Shown here piece after piece: positions 1-11,769 of a stretch of DNA of 64,000 nucleotides; the stretch's first letter is position 1; the number at the start of each line of letters is the position of its first letter. The notes under the pieces were generated by a model. It searched no databases and had not been told where the DNA came from. It was given only the letters and a program-made list of their open reading frames with translations. Both the position numbers and the translations under genes were made by a program. Source of the stretch: Octopus vulgaris. Lineage: Eukaryota. The stretch covers positions 192,324,001 through 192,388,000 of the forward strand of contig OX597815.1 of NCBI GenBank assembly GCA_951406725.2, given 5' to 3'.

Positions 1-874
1 TCTCGCAGGAAACTATCAAGGTACTTGAAAAAGTGGAAGTCGGTGGGAGAAAGGTCTGGGGAATAAGTTGTGTGGGTAAGAACTTCGTAGCCGAGTTACC
101 TTAACTTTTGAAGCGTCATTATTGAAAGGTGTGGCAAAGCATTATCATGAAGAATGATTGGCCTTCTTTTGTTGACCAGTATGGAGCAGAGGAGTAACAG
201 TTTTTCGTTCATTTTAGTAACTTCATAGCAATATGTTTCTGCAGTAATTGTTTTTCCGGGTTTTAAGAAGTTATCGTGGATGAGTCCAGCAGTGCACCAT
301 CAAACCGTTACCATAACCTTCTTTTTGAAGAGTTCTGGTTTAGGGGAGGTTTCCAGTCCTTCATTTTGATCGAACTACTGCGAAGAACGTTTTTTATTAT
401 TGTACAGAGTCCACTTTTCATCGCAAGTTACAACACGGTCTAGAAATGGATCGGTCTCGTTACAAAGAAGCGACGAGCAAATTTCATATCTGCGCATTTT
501 TTAATTTTCATTCAAATCGTGTGGTACCCATTTGTTGAGCTTTTTTGATTTTCCGATCGCATGCAAATGGTTGCAGGCAGATTTCTGGCTAACCTGAAGT
601 TCTTTTGCCAGTTCTCGAGTGGTTTTGCGTGGATCTTTTTCAACAACGATTTTCAATTGACCGTCATCGATGACAGATGGGCGTCCACAACGCTCACGAT
701 CTTCAAGGCTCAGTTCTCCACTGTCAAATCATTTAAACCATTTTCGAGTTGACCACTCAGTAGTCATTTCCTCATCAAACGTTTTGTGATATCGCGAGCA
801 GTTTCAGTTACTTTACGTCCTTTTCTGAAGTCGAATAGCAAAATTGCTCGAATATCACGCTTTGACAATTCCAT
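1..874 (-). pseudogene. mariner (D,D34D) transposase relic, running off the window start
   Basis: Minus-strand translation gives MELSKRDIRAILLFDFRKG (ATG at 874), WVPHDL (~515-531), FLDRVVTCDEKW (~411-447), IILHDNALPH (~130-158) and YSPDLSPTDFHFF (~30-68). Frameshifts and stops are present. Confidence 0.92.
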
Positions 875-1039
875 TTCGGATTATTGTAGCAACGGTGAAA
901 AAAGTATCAATGTTAATTTAGTGATGAATTTGGGCAAGTCTGTGCCTGAATTAAAGTATCAACTAGAGATTTCATTACCTTCGTGCGCTCAGGACAGCGG
1001 ATCCGCTTCAAGAAGAACAACATACTTCCTGTGAGCAAT

Positions 1040-1665
1040 GAAAAATGGAACGGTTATTGGGAGGTAACTGCAGATTTACCAGAGTGCCAGGGACTCTTTC
1101 CCATCCCAGTTATGAGAAAACTAGACATTTTAATGTGCTGTGAATGAAAGAAAGTTGTGAATCTAGTCGAGTTAATGGTTCCTCATGAAGATAACATAGA
1201 CGCAGCTCGGGTTCGAAAGACTGACTGTTACGTAAACCTCCTCGAGGAATGTGAAGACGCAGGCTGGAAAGTGGAGCATTTTCCCATCGAAGTCGGATGT
1301 AGAGGGTTTGTTGGACACAGTGTGAGACGACCGTTGTTATGGTTAGGCCTAACTTATCGTAAAGTAACTACCACCGTGACCGATATCCAAACTACGGTGG
1401 AGAAGGCTAGCCACTGGATTTAGTTAAAAAGAAACGATGAGTGATGACTAGGGGAATATTGAGCTATATTTAACAACCAGTTGATCTAGCAAGTGGGGCC
1501 TCATATCAGTGATGATGGTGGGTGGCAGTGCGCATTGATGCTGTCGAGAGGTAGGCCCCGAAACGGCGCGCATTCTCTCCTGATGACCTCATACACTTGC
1601 TGGCTTCCGGTATGCGGAGTTGTCGACTGGTAGCACTTGCATGTACAAGTTGTTTGCAAGACATC
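1040..1665 (+). mobile_element. 3' end of an RLE-type non-LTR retrotransposon (HERO-like): endonuclease domain plus 3' UTR
   Basis: ORF 1157-1423 VELMVPHEDNIDAARVRK..Y..L.EEC..AGW....FPIEVGCRGFVG matches the restriction-like endonuclease C-terminus typical of HERO clade elements. 5' truncated and degenerate. Confidence 0.8.
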
Positions 1666-1776
1666 AATGGCAAAAAAATGTTTAAAAAAATTTCAAAACT
1701 CTGCAAAAATCTGGTACAAATTCTTCGCGGGTAAAAACGTTGCTTACTTTTTACTCAACTTTATATATATATAAAC

Positions 1777-1992
1777 ACGAGGGAGTGCTGAAAAGTTCTT
1801 GGTTTCGGGTAAAAGAATATACAGGAGGATCAGTTATGATTTCATCCAACATATTCTCTCCTCAGATTCACAGCTATTGCAGCGGTCCTTCAGTTCTTTT
1901 AAGCCCTGAAAAAAGAACTCGGAAGATTCCGCCTCTAGCTAGGCCTTTCACGATACCCTTAAAGCCAGAAACTTTTCAGCCCCACCACTCGT
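1777..1992. mobile_element. mariner-type MITE
   Basis: TIRs cacgagggagtgctgaaaagttc / gaaacttttcagccccaccactcgtg followed by TA. A homologous copy lies at 61937-62155. Confidence 0.75.
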
Positions 1993-1994
1993 GT

Positions 1995-2286
1995 ATATCA
2001 CGGTATCGACCAGAATATCGGAAGATGTTATGCATCGCTGTTCACAATGCGCTTCGCACTGTTTTAACTTTCGAATAATGCCACTCGGCTGGCGAGGTGA
2101 GTAGGCCAACATTGGCCCCTCGAGTGGGGCACCAGTCCGTTGCTCATTTGAAATTGCGTGGACTGGATCAACGTGAAAGGAAGTGTTTTGCTTAAGAACG
2201 TAATGTGCAGTCGGTCTGGGAATCGAAACCTCGACCTCATGATAGAAAATGCAACACCCCCTAACCACAAGGCCACGCACCTTCAC
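1995..2286 (-). mobile_element. tRNA-derived SINE (family C-like head) with an alternative tail ending in (TA)n
   Basis: Head gtgaaggtgcgtggccttgtggttaggg with a B-box-like tttcgattccc. The tail is shared with 25668-25730 and 29500-29613. Confidence 0.65.
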
Positions 2287-2409
2287 ACACACACGTGTGT
2301 GTGTTTAAATGTGTATTTGTGTGTATTTAAATACGTTTGTATGTGTGTGTATGTATGCGCGTATGTGTGTTCAAATGTGTGTTTGTATGTATGTGTGTGT
2401 ATATATATA

Positions 2410-2784
2410 CTAGCAGTATCGCCCGGCGTTGCTCAGGTTTGTAAGGGAAATAACTATAAAGCATTTTTAGAGAGTTATAGCCAAAAAATAGCAAAAAAAT
2501 GGAAAAAAATGATATTAAATTTCTTTTTGAGATTTAAAAAAGGTAGAGTTGCGTCCCCTACACAGTTTGTGGTTCGTATTCCTGATTCTCGACCCCATGT
2601 CGAATTTATCGATTTTTTCAGAACTGGGGGAACTTTTCAAAATTTTCGCTGCGTTAGTTTTGAATTATGACATTGGGCTATGTGTGTGTCAAGTTTCATC
2701 AGAATCGGTTGAAAGCCGTGGTCAGGGTGAGGGTACAAGCAAACAGACACACAGAAACACGCACAGACAAACTGCCGTTTATAT

Positions 2785-2789
<5 letters not shown>
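2410..2789 (-). mobile_element. non-autonomous Helitron
   Basis: On the minus strand: 5' TC, 3' CTAG, subterminal hairpin cctgagcaacgccggg, inserted between A and T. The last ~110 bp are shared with 8673-9068 and 51898-52297. Confidence 0.85.
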
Positions 2790-2816
<27 letters not shown>

Positions 2817-2819
<3 letters not shown>

Positions 2820-2982
2820 CGCAGGAGTGGCTGTGTGGTAAGTAGCTTGTTTACCAGCCACATGGTTCCGGGTTCAGTCCCACTGCGTGGCACCTTGGGC
2901 AAGTATGTTCTACTATAGCCTCGGGCCGACCAAAGCCTTGTGAGTGGATTTGGTAGACGGAAACTGAAAGAAGCCCGTCGTA

Positions 2983-3042
<60 letters not shown>

Positions 3043-3268
3043 TGTGTGTGTTTGTGTGAGTGTGTTTGTCCCCCTAGCATTGCTTGACAACCGATGCTGG
3101 TGTGTTTATGTCCTCGTTACTTAGCGGTTCGGCAAAAGAGACCGATAGAATAAGTACTGGGCTTACAAAAGAATAAGTCCAAGGGTCGAGTTGCTCGATT
3201 AAAGGCGGTGCTCCAGCATGGCCGCAGTCAAATGACTGAAACAAGTAAAAGAGTAAAAGAGTAAAGAG

Positions 3269-3270
<2 letters not shown>
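2817..3270 (+). mobile_element. SINE family A (tRNA-like head ggcgcaggagtggctgtgtggtaag), full length with internal (TA)n/(TG)n
   Basis: A-box and B-box-like motifs (tggctgtgtggt, ggttcagtccc) and a (gtaaaaga)n tail. Further copies at ~11547-11712, 13560-13735, 16362-16510, 22597-23020, 29338-29880, 31600-31868(-), 34461-34870, 47829-48205, 48830-49230, 52460-52618(-) and 53130-53325. Confidence 0.9.
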
Positions 3271-3323
<53 letters not shown>

Positions 3324-3921
3324 TGTGTGTAGAACTTGCACCTATGTATATCGGTGAATGATATAAACATCTGGGAGTAAGAAAAAAAAAATAATGGTAC
3401 TTTTCGAACGAAGTTCCTTGTGATACTTGTACTGCACCAAGTTAAGCAGACACTCCTTTGTCATTTTTGCATTCGGCAATACCGTGAAACAGTGATTGGC
3501 TCGTTGGAACCCTGTAAGCTACAGTGATATTATTTACTAATTACAGTATAAGATTAAGACCAGAATCAGGTGCAGTGCTTATTACTTTCACAGACGTTGT
3601 ACGAAAGCGAGATAGAAATATAATTACATATCAGTATGAACATGTGCAATTGAATGTTTACTGGAAATATGAAAGATTGAATTCCAGGGGATTGACATGC
3701 TGGAAGAGGAAGGATTGGGTATTGTGTACGACCTGGTGTTGGGAATACAGTAGGAGAGTGGCGATAGAATGAAAGCGTTTTGTTGGATGAGGGTGTTTTG
3801 AGGAAATGATGGCGCTAATCAGTTCCCTAGAGCAGAGGCTGTTGTAATTGAGGAAGGCTGAGAAAAGGGAATTGCACGACTATGTAGTGAAATTGCTTTT
3901 TGTTTTGGTTGCAGTGTTGGA

Positions 3922-4288
3922 TGTGTGTGTGTGTGTGAGTAAGTGTGTATGAATGTGTGTGTGTGAGTGTGTGTGAATGTGTGTGTGAGTGTAAGTGTAT
4001 GTGTGTGTGAGTGTGTGTGTGATTCTGAATGAGTGAGTGTGTATGAGTGTGTGTTTGTGTGAGTGTGAATGTGTGTGTAAGTGTGTATGAGTATGTGTGT
4101 ATGTGTGTGTATGTGCATGTATGTGTGTATGTGAGTGTGTGTGCGTGTGTGAGTATGTGAGCGTATGTGTGTGAGTGTATGTGCGAGTAAGAGTGTGTGT
4201 GCGTGTGTATGTATGTATGAGAGTGTGTGAGTGTGTGTGTGCGAGTGTGTTTGTATGAGTGTGTGAGTGTGTGTATGAGCGTGAGTGA

Positions 4289-4338
<50 letters not shown>
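3922..4338. repeat. degenerate (TG)n/(TGAG)n microsatellite
   Basis: Seen directly in the sequence. Confidence 0.95.
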
Positions 4339-4340
<2 letters not shown>

Positions 4341-4344
4341 GTGA

Positions 4345-4670
4345 TGAAGGAGCGTGGCTTCGTGGTTAGGGTATTCAGCTCACGATCGCAAGGTCCTGAT
4401 TTCAATTCCCGGCTACACGTTATTTACTTGAGCAAGACACTTTATTTCCCGTTACTCCAGTCCACTCAGCTGGTAAAAATGAGTTGTTTCTATATTTCAA
4501 AGGGCCAGCCTCATCACACCCTTCGTCACGCCCGAATCTCTCCGCGAACTTCATTAAGGGTCCCCTTTGTCTGTGGAGTACTCAGCCACTTGCACATTAA
4601 TTTCACGAGTAGGCTGTTCCGTTAGTGGCATCAACTGGAACCCGCGTCGTCGTGAATGACGGAGTGCCAT
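4345..4670 (+). mobile_element. SINE family C (tRNA-Arg-like head), diverged copy
   Basis: Homologous to 10027-10408: head tggcttcgtggttagggta and tail ...gacggagtgcc. Confidence 0.8.
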
Positions 4671-5404
4671 GAAAAATGCGTGAGCCAATGTGCGTGTGTG
4701 TGTGTCACTGTATATGTGTGTGCGTGTATAAATGTGAGTGTATGTGTGTGAATGTGTGTTTATGTGTAGTAGTAGTCGTAGTAGTCGTAGTAGTAGTAGT
4801 CGTCGTAGTAGTAGTAGTAGCAGCAGCAGCCGTCCAAGAATTTGGTCCTGGAGATCTCCATTTCCAGCAACTTCGAGGGCCACCTCCCAGTGGTGTCGGG
4901 CGTCAACGAAGAGCCCTCAACTACAAGACGACCAAAGTTTTTTCGAAGGTCTGGGGTCTCCCGCTCCTAAGCCCTAGACCGTCACCTAATCACCCTTACC
5001 CGTCTTGTTGCTTAAAAACAACAACATCATGATCATGATGATCATCATCATCATCAGCAGCAGTAGTAGTAGCAGTAGTAGTAGTAGCGGCGGTACTGCT
5101 TCAGGTGTGACAGCCGTGCTCCATTATATGATTTTGAAGAGGATCAGCTGATGATTAGAACGGCAATATTGTTCTATCCTGAAGAAGAAAGCTTTTTTTT
5201 TTATTGTGGTACAGTTTTAGCTATGCTACCTTTAGGTCGGATCGTCAGGAAAAATAGTCAGATATTGTGAGACCCAGCATGTGCAATGATTTGGGGAAAG
5301 TCTAATTGCCAGTTGTCCAAACAAGAGGAAGTTAAGTACCCAATTGTCTTTTTTGTTATATGAGTAGTAATTGGGCTTTATACAGTTGAAAGCCTTTTCA
5401 TCAT

Positions 5405-5612
5405 TCATTTTCAATCGGGGTCAGCATGACCCGTTGGGGTCTATACAAGATTTTGTTATTGAAACTTATGTGCAATAAGTTGGTTATATTCCTGATAATA
5501 TTTAATCATAAAAATGTAATAGGATTTTTTAAATCGTAGAACGGCGATAAGGGTCCATTCCGGTAAAATAGAGATCAAAAGGGTCCATAGGTAAAAATGG
5601 TTGAGAACCTCT
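5405..5612. mobile_element. hAT-type MITE, degenerate
   Basis: tttcaatcggggtc ... gggtccataggtaaaaatggttgagaacc. The right end recurs at 15320-15372. Confidence 0.55.
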
Positions 5613-6083
5613 TATCTAGATTGTTATGTTCCCATTAGAGGTTTTTTTTATGGGGTGCCTGTTAATGGGCGCAGTGCATGTTTGATGTTAGGTGTCTACG
5701 TTACTCGTGTGATAGAAGTTATAGAGGAACAAAGAGTGGTGTACTCTGTGAGAAGTGAATTGTGTTTGAAATGACAGAATGTCGCTCGTTAACTGGTTAA
5801 TGTACAGAATAAAGTGTGGGAGACACTTCTGAATCTTGAAGAATACCTCAGCGAATGGAGAATGATACAGTAAGGCCCCCGTCTGTTCATGCTTCAACAA
5901 TGCGATCCTATAGGAAGCTAATCGTCCCAAGAGGTGAGAAACGCATGGAGCCCCCAGAGAGGCAGAAACGATTGGAGATTCTCGTGTCAGACACGGGTAA
6001 GGGGTTTACTGATGTCAATGTTGCTCTGAAGCACGTCAAAGACAAATGGGTATTGCAATGTTGTTACCAGTCCGAATATGTTT

Positions 6084-7800
6084 GAGGTAGGTTCGAACCG
6101 GTGAACAAGCTGCTCACTGCATCTTGTCACGGAAACTATTACGTTAAAGTTCTCGTATTTCGGTAATTTCAACCAATCAATGACGTGTATTCAGCTGAAT
6201 AAAATTACTGCCGTTGTTTGCCAACGAGAACTTCCGGCGGTGTGTGTTTCGTTTGTCACTGTTGACAAATGGTGTGTATATACCAATACCAGCTCGCAGC
6301 ACCGTCTACCCAGACCGTAAGATGCAAGCATTCAGGAGTAGTTATCTCCTCTTCGGTCTCGGACACCGGACAGGAGGCGCTGCGAGTTGATTAAAGAAAT
6401 TAATTCTCTTATGCTTTTCCAGTTGACACACAGCGACTGGCAGCGCTGTGCCGCGGCTCACCGTAAGTAAATTACAGAGGGAGAGCGCTAAGCAGTGATA
6501 AGTGAAATTGCAATGTTATTATTATCTGTATTATCTGAACAAATAAGCTTGAGGCACGTTCGAACCGGTGAACAAGCTGCTCACTGCGTCTTATGGAAAA
6601 TGGATCTTTACCTTTTGACCTACAGATTTAAAAAATAATTTTTTGTAACTAAACACTTTCAAACTTCGGACACTGGTAGAATGTGTCATATAAAACATCT
6701 TTTACTCTTAGCATTTTTGAGAAAAACTTATATTTACGAAGTTATTTCACGTTAAAGTTCTCGTATTTCGGTAATTTCAACCAATCAATGACGTGTATTC
6801 AGCTGAATAAAATTACTGCCGTTGTTTGTCAACAAGAACTTCCGGCGGTGTATATTTCGTTTGTCACTGTTATTTATGACAACCCTAACCCTAACACCCT
6901 AACACCCTAACCCTAAAACCCTAACACTAACCATAAAAGCTTAAATCTAAAACCAGTACAAACGCACGAACGATGTCATAAATAACAGGGACAAACGAAA
7001 AATACACCGCCGATAGTTGTTGTTGACAAACAACGGCAGTAATTTTATTCAGCTGAATACACGTCATTGATTGGTTGAAATTACCGAAATACGACAACTT
7101 TAACGTGAAATAACTTCGAAAATATAAGTTTTTCTCAAAAATGCTAAGAGTAAAAGATGTTTTATATGACACATTCTACCAGTGTCCGAAATTTGAAAGT
7201 GTTTAGTTACAAAAAATTATCTTTTAAATCTGTTGGTCAAAAGGTAAAGATCCTGGAAGATATATCCCGTGTTTTTGACAAATGTTGTGTATACACATAT
7301 ATCACGGTCTGAGTAGATGGCGCTGCGAGCTGATATAGGTGTATACATACCATTTGTCAACAAATGGAATATATTTTCCGTAACAAAACGCAGTGAGTAT
7401 CTTGTTCACCGATTCGAACGTGCCTCAAGCACATTCGTTCTGATAACATTGCAGTTTTATTTATCACTGCTTAGCGCTCCCCCTGTGTAACTTACTTACT
7501 GGGTGCCGCCAATTGGCGCTGCCAGTCGCCGTATGGCAACTGGAAAAGCATAACAGATTTAGTCTCTTCAATCAGATCGTAGCGCCGTCTGCCTGGTGTT
7601 CGTTACTGAAGAGGAGATAACTACTCCGAAATGCTTGCATCTTGTGGTCTGGGTAGGTGGCGCTGCGAGCTGATATATTTTTCGTGACAAAACGCAGTGA
7701 GTAGCTTGTTCACAGGTTCGAACGTGCCTCAAGTATATTCGGACTGATAATAACTTTGCAATTTTGCTTATCATTACTTGGCGCACCCCCATCTGTAATT
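6084..7800. repeat. foldback made of ~300-460 bp units: two direct units followed by two inverted units, symmetry centre ~7305
   Basis: The motif tgaggcacgttcgaaccggtgaacaagctgctcactgc occurs at ~6084 and ~6550 (+) and as the reverse complement at ~7390-7428 and ~7694-7731. Confidence 0.8.
6602..7253. mobile_element. MITE with ~280 bp TIRs, 8-bp TSD and a telomere-like core (Merlin-like)
   Basis: Termini ggatctttaccttttgacc / ggtcaaaaggtaaagatcc. Flanks tggaaaat (6594-6601) and tggaagat (7254-7261). (CCCTAA)-like core at 6883-6932. The superfamily call rests on GG termini and the 8-bp TSD only. Confidence 0.8.
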
Positions 7801-8347
7801 TATGAGAATTGGTTATATTGAGGACGGGCAGGGACATTCTTAAAAGAAAGGTTGCAGGCATCAGATTAGATATCTTGGATGGGTCAGAGGTAAAGCACAT
7901 TTGCTGCCAGGGATAACCTAGCGTAAAAGTAGGTAAGTGATGCTGGGTTTGGGGCGTACAAGTGATACTGATTGTATTGATAAGTTGCCTTCGGCAGCAA
8001 TCAGAAGATCCGATATTTTCATAGACGGTGGTAGTTTGGTAAAAGCAGGTGAGAAGACGATTAAGTGTATTGGGAAAATGTGTGTGTGTGCGTGGAATAG
8101 ATGCGAGTGGGGGTAGAATGCTATCGTTGCAGATAGTTCAGAATGGTAAATTATTCTGTTTCTATGACAGTAGGGTTGATGTGGGGAGGAGTGCATGCGC
8201 CAAGATGAATTATTGATCATCGAGGAAGACGATGTGCTTAGAGATAAATGTCTTTGACATAGGATGAGAGCTAGTGGTCGCCGAAGGAATACGGAGATGG
8301 GTAGAAACATTGTGTGACTTAAAGGAATAACAACTCTGAGTTATTAC

Positions 8348-8498
8348 AGAGATGTACTTGCATAGCAAGTGACTTGATCTGAGATGGTGTTCTGAAACAA
8401 AAACAATTGCAGTGTAGAAGATGTTTATAAGCCATTTAAGAACGCACACACACACACACATACACACACACTAACACACACACACACGCACACACACT

Positions 8499-8555
<57 letters not shown>

Positions 8556-9160
8556 CCGTTAGAATCACTTCAACATTTAGATTTAATTTGTGTCAAAATA
8601 TTTTCGTCGCTTTGAAAGCGCGACCTATTACAGACAATACCTCGTGCCGCATCTCAGGATGCGACGAAAATATCTTTATATATAAAAGTGAAGTTGTGTG
8701 TCTGTCTCCTACGATTTAGATTCCTAACTACTCCCACATTTTGCGGTGCAGTTTAACCAAAACCGGGTATCTTATAGTCGTGATTCATATCGAGCCCTTC
8801 TGGGTATTAGCGCTCGTCTACGATGAGTCGACGATTTTAAAAATAATTTACCATCATTTTTTTCCATTTTAATGCATTTTTCGCTATTATATAAGGGAAG
8901 TAACTCTCTAAAAATGTCTACGATGAGTCAACAATAAAAAAAAAATTTACCATAATTTTTTTCCCATTTTTAATGCATTTTTTTGCTATTTTTTGGCTAT
9001 AACTCTCTAAAAATGCTTATATAGTTATTTCCCTTACAAACCCGAGCAACGCCGGGCGATACTGCTAGTTTTGAAATAAATTAGATTTAAATGTTGAAGT
9101 AAATCTAACGGTTTTCTTTGTGTGTTCTTAAATGGCTTATAAACATTTTCCACGCTGTAC
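8348..9160. mobile_element. putative Penelope-like end in inverted (hairpin) arrangement, right arm interrupted by a Helitron
   Basis: 8412-8610 is the reverse complement of 8661-8672 plus 9069-9158. The same family occurs at 26575-26755 between (TA)n tracts. Confidence 0.7.
8673..9068 (+). mobile_element. non-autonomous Helitron
   Basis: A|TC...cccgagcaacgccggg...CTAG|T with no TSD, and an internal ~100 bp duplication. Nearly identical to 51898-52297. Confidence 0.92.
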
Positions 9161-9334
9161 TGACTTTGAGTTAGGATAATTGAAAGAGAATTGGATGTCC
9201 AGACGCTTCTCTCCTGGAGTGGTTCCATAATAGTCGTTTGCAAGTTTACAGAACTACCAAAAGAGTAAGCATCCAAAGCGAGGATGAATAGTGAAGAAAA
9301 AAGTTTATAAGACGAAGAGAAGAGAAAAAGATGT

Positions 9335-9782
9335 TTCATATTTTGGCACAAGGCCTGCAACTTCGGCGGAGGGGGTAAGTCGATTACACCGACCTCAATA
9401 CTCAACTGGTACTTATTTTATCAACCACGAAAGGATGAAATGCAAAGACGCCTTCGGTGGAATTTGAACGCAGAACGTAAGGGTGGACAAAATGCCGCCA
9501 AGCATATTGTCCAGCTTGCTAACTATTCTGCCAGCTCGCCTCTTAAATAAATAGAGTCATATTCTTTTCTACTATGGGCACAAGGCCTGAAATTTCGTGG
9601 TGGTGGTGGGGAAGTAGATTATGTCGACCCTAGTTCTCAACTGGTACTTATTTTATCGACCCCGAAAGGATGAAAGGCAAAGTCGACCTCTGCGGAATTT
9701 GAACTCAAATTGTAAAGACGGACAAAATGTCGCTAGGTATTTTGCCCGGCGCACAAAAGATTCCGCTCTCTGGTCGCCTTAA
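9335..9782 (-). mobile_element. two tandem SINE family B copies (tRNA-like head plus Nin/Deu-like core)
   Basis: Reverse complement of ggcgagctggcagaa...gagttcaaattccgccgaggtcgactttgcctttcatcctttcggggtcgataaaataagtaccag. Confidence 0.85.
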
Positions 9783-10026
9783 AAAGTGGAGTAATATCAA
9801 CATTAGACTTCATCCGTGGCGAGATTTCATTTCCGATATTCAGGAGTTTTGGGAAGTTTGGAGTTACGTGTTTGTTACGTATATTGTAAGGTCCACAGTG
9901 GCTCGGGATGGCAGTATTTGCCAAAGGCTTCGTTTAGGGGTTAAAAAGAAGATGGTCTTATGGCTAAAACAAACAGGTTTTGAAGTAATGCTGGTCTTTA
10001 GATATGTGTCATACAGGACCACAAAG

Positions 10027-10408
10027 TGGAGGCGCAATGGCCCAGTGGTTAGGGCAGCGGACTCGCGGTCGTAGGATCGCGGTTTCGATTCCCAGACCGG
10101 GCGTTGCGAGTGTTTATTGAGCGAAAACACCTAAAGCTCCACGAGGCTCCGGCAGGGGATGGTGGTGATCCCTGCTGTACTCTTTCACCACAACTTTCTC
10201 TCACTCTTACTTCCTGTTTCTGTTGTACCTGTATTTCAAAGGGCCGGCCTTGTCACTCTCTGTGTCACGCTGAATATCCCCGAGAACTACGTTAAGGGTA
10301 CACGTGTCTGTGGAGTTCTCAGCCACTTACACGTTAATTTCACGAGCAGGCTGTTCCGTTGGTCGGATCAACCGAAACCCTCATCGTCGTAACCGACGGA
10401 GTGCTTCC
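10027..10408 (+). mobile_element. SINE family C, young full-length copy
   Basis: tRNA-like head (tggcccagtggttagggc...ggtttcgattccc) and TSD-like acaggacca on both sides. Near-identical to 32211-32594(-). Fragments at 10480-10635, 29888-30208(-), 55597-55745 and 61290-61450(-). Confidence 0.9.
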
Positions 10409-11007
10409 CACAGGACCAGAGGTGTGTGAACATATCCTGGTGATGACACGTGAACCAGTCTCTCTACCTATGGTTAATCGGGTGTTGTGAGTGTTTATTG
10501 AACGAAAACACCTAAAAGCTCCACGAGGCTCCGGTTACTGGTGGTGACGAACCCTGGTGTACTCTTTCACCACAATTTTCTCTTACTCTTTCTTCCTGTT
10601 TCTGTTCTGCTTTTATTTCAAAAGGCCAGCCTGTTACACACTGGGGTCGATGTAATCAACTTAATCCCTTTGTCTGTCCTTGTTTGTCCCCTCTATGTTT
10701 AGCCCCTTGTGGGCAATAAAGAAATATATATATGGGCATCTAGGTATGTATGCATATTTATGAATGTATGAGTGAGTGTATATATGAATGCATGTATAAA
10801 TGTACATATGTATGTATAAATATAAATGCATCTAAGTACGTATGTTTGTACATACATACGAATGGAAGTACGTACATAGGTGGCATGCATGTATGAATTT
10901 ATACATAAATGTATGCTCTGCATACGTATATGACTGAATGCATGTATGCACGTATGTGCGTGTCTGCGTGCATGTGTTAGTGCGCATGCGTATATGTGCG
11001 TGTTAGC

Positions 11008-11058
<51 letters not shown>

Positions 11059-11508
11059 TAAAGGCAACATAGCTGAATAAAATCTGCTTTAATCGTTTTA
11101 TCGTGTTTCTGCATGTGAACCTTTTCATCTTTAGTTTTACAGTTCAATTAACCTGTCAGGAATAGGTAGGGAATTTTCCGGGAAAAGTTCAATAGGGCTG
11201 ATCACTGATTCACAAATACTTCTGATTAGGAAAGGTCAGGTCAGCGATTGACCGTATTAATTGCACCACTGCACAGACGCCTTTCCATGTATACATACAT
11301 ACGTACATACATACATATGTATATATACGAGCGTGTCTGTATATATACATATATATATATATATGCGTGTGTGGTATATATATAAATATATATATGCGTG
11401 TGTGGTATATATATATATATATATATATGCGTGTGTGGTATATATATATATATATATATATATGCGTGTGTGGTATATATATATATATATATATGTATGT
11501 GTGGTATA

Positions 11509-11541
<33 letters not shown>

Positions 11542-11711
11542 ATATAGACGCAGGCGTGGCTGTGTAATAGGAAGTTTTTTAAGGACCACATGATTCCAGG
11601 TTCAGTTCGACAGCGTGGCATCTTGAGCAAGAGGTGTCTTTTATTATAGCGAGGGCCCAACTAAAACCCCCTGAGTGGATTTGGTGGACGGAAACTGAAA
11701 GAAGCCCGTCG

Positions 11712-11759
<48 letters not shown>

Positions 11760-11769
11760 CACACCTTAT

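Noticed and set aside
1525-1592. CTGATGA and GAAA boxes in the HERO-like 3' UTR as a hammerhead
   Set aside because: I could not form stems II and III with the required core geometry.
3400-3512. Minus-strand exon (FQRANHCFTVLPNAKMTKECLLNLVQYKY) with faint glypican-like spacing
   Set aside because: It lacks the following CxxC, has no good donor and no supporting neighbouring exons.
6883-6932. True telomere or chromosome fusion site
   Set aside because: Short, degenerate, single orientation and internal to a TSD-flanked MITE.
6683-7172. Convergent paralogous ORFs MSYKTSFTLS..
   Set aside because: They are mirror translations of the two MITE arms.
10027-10100. tRNA gene
   Set aside because: This is the tRNA-derived head of a multi-copy SINE, continuous with its body and TSD.
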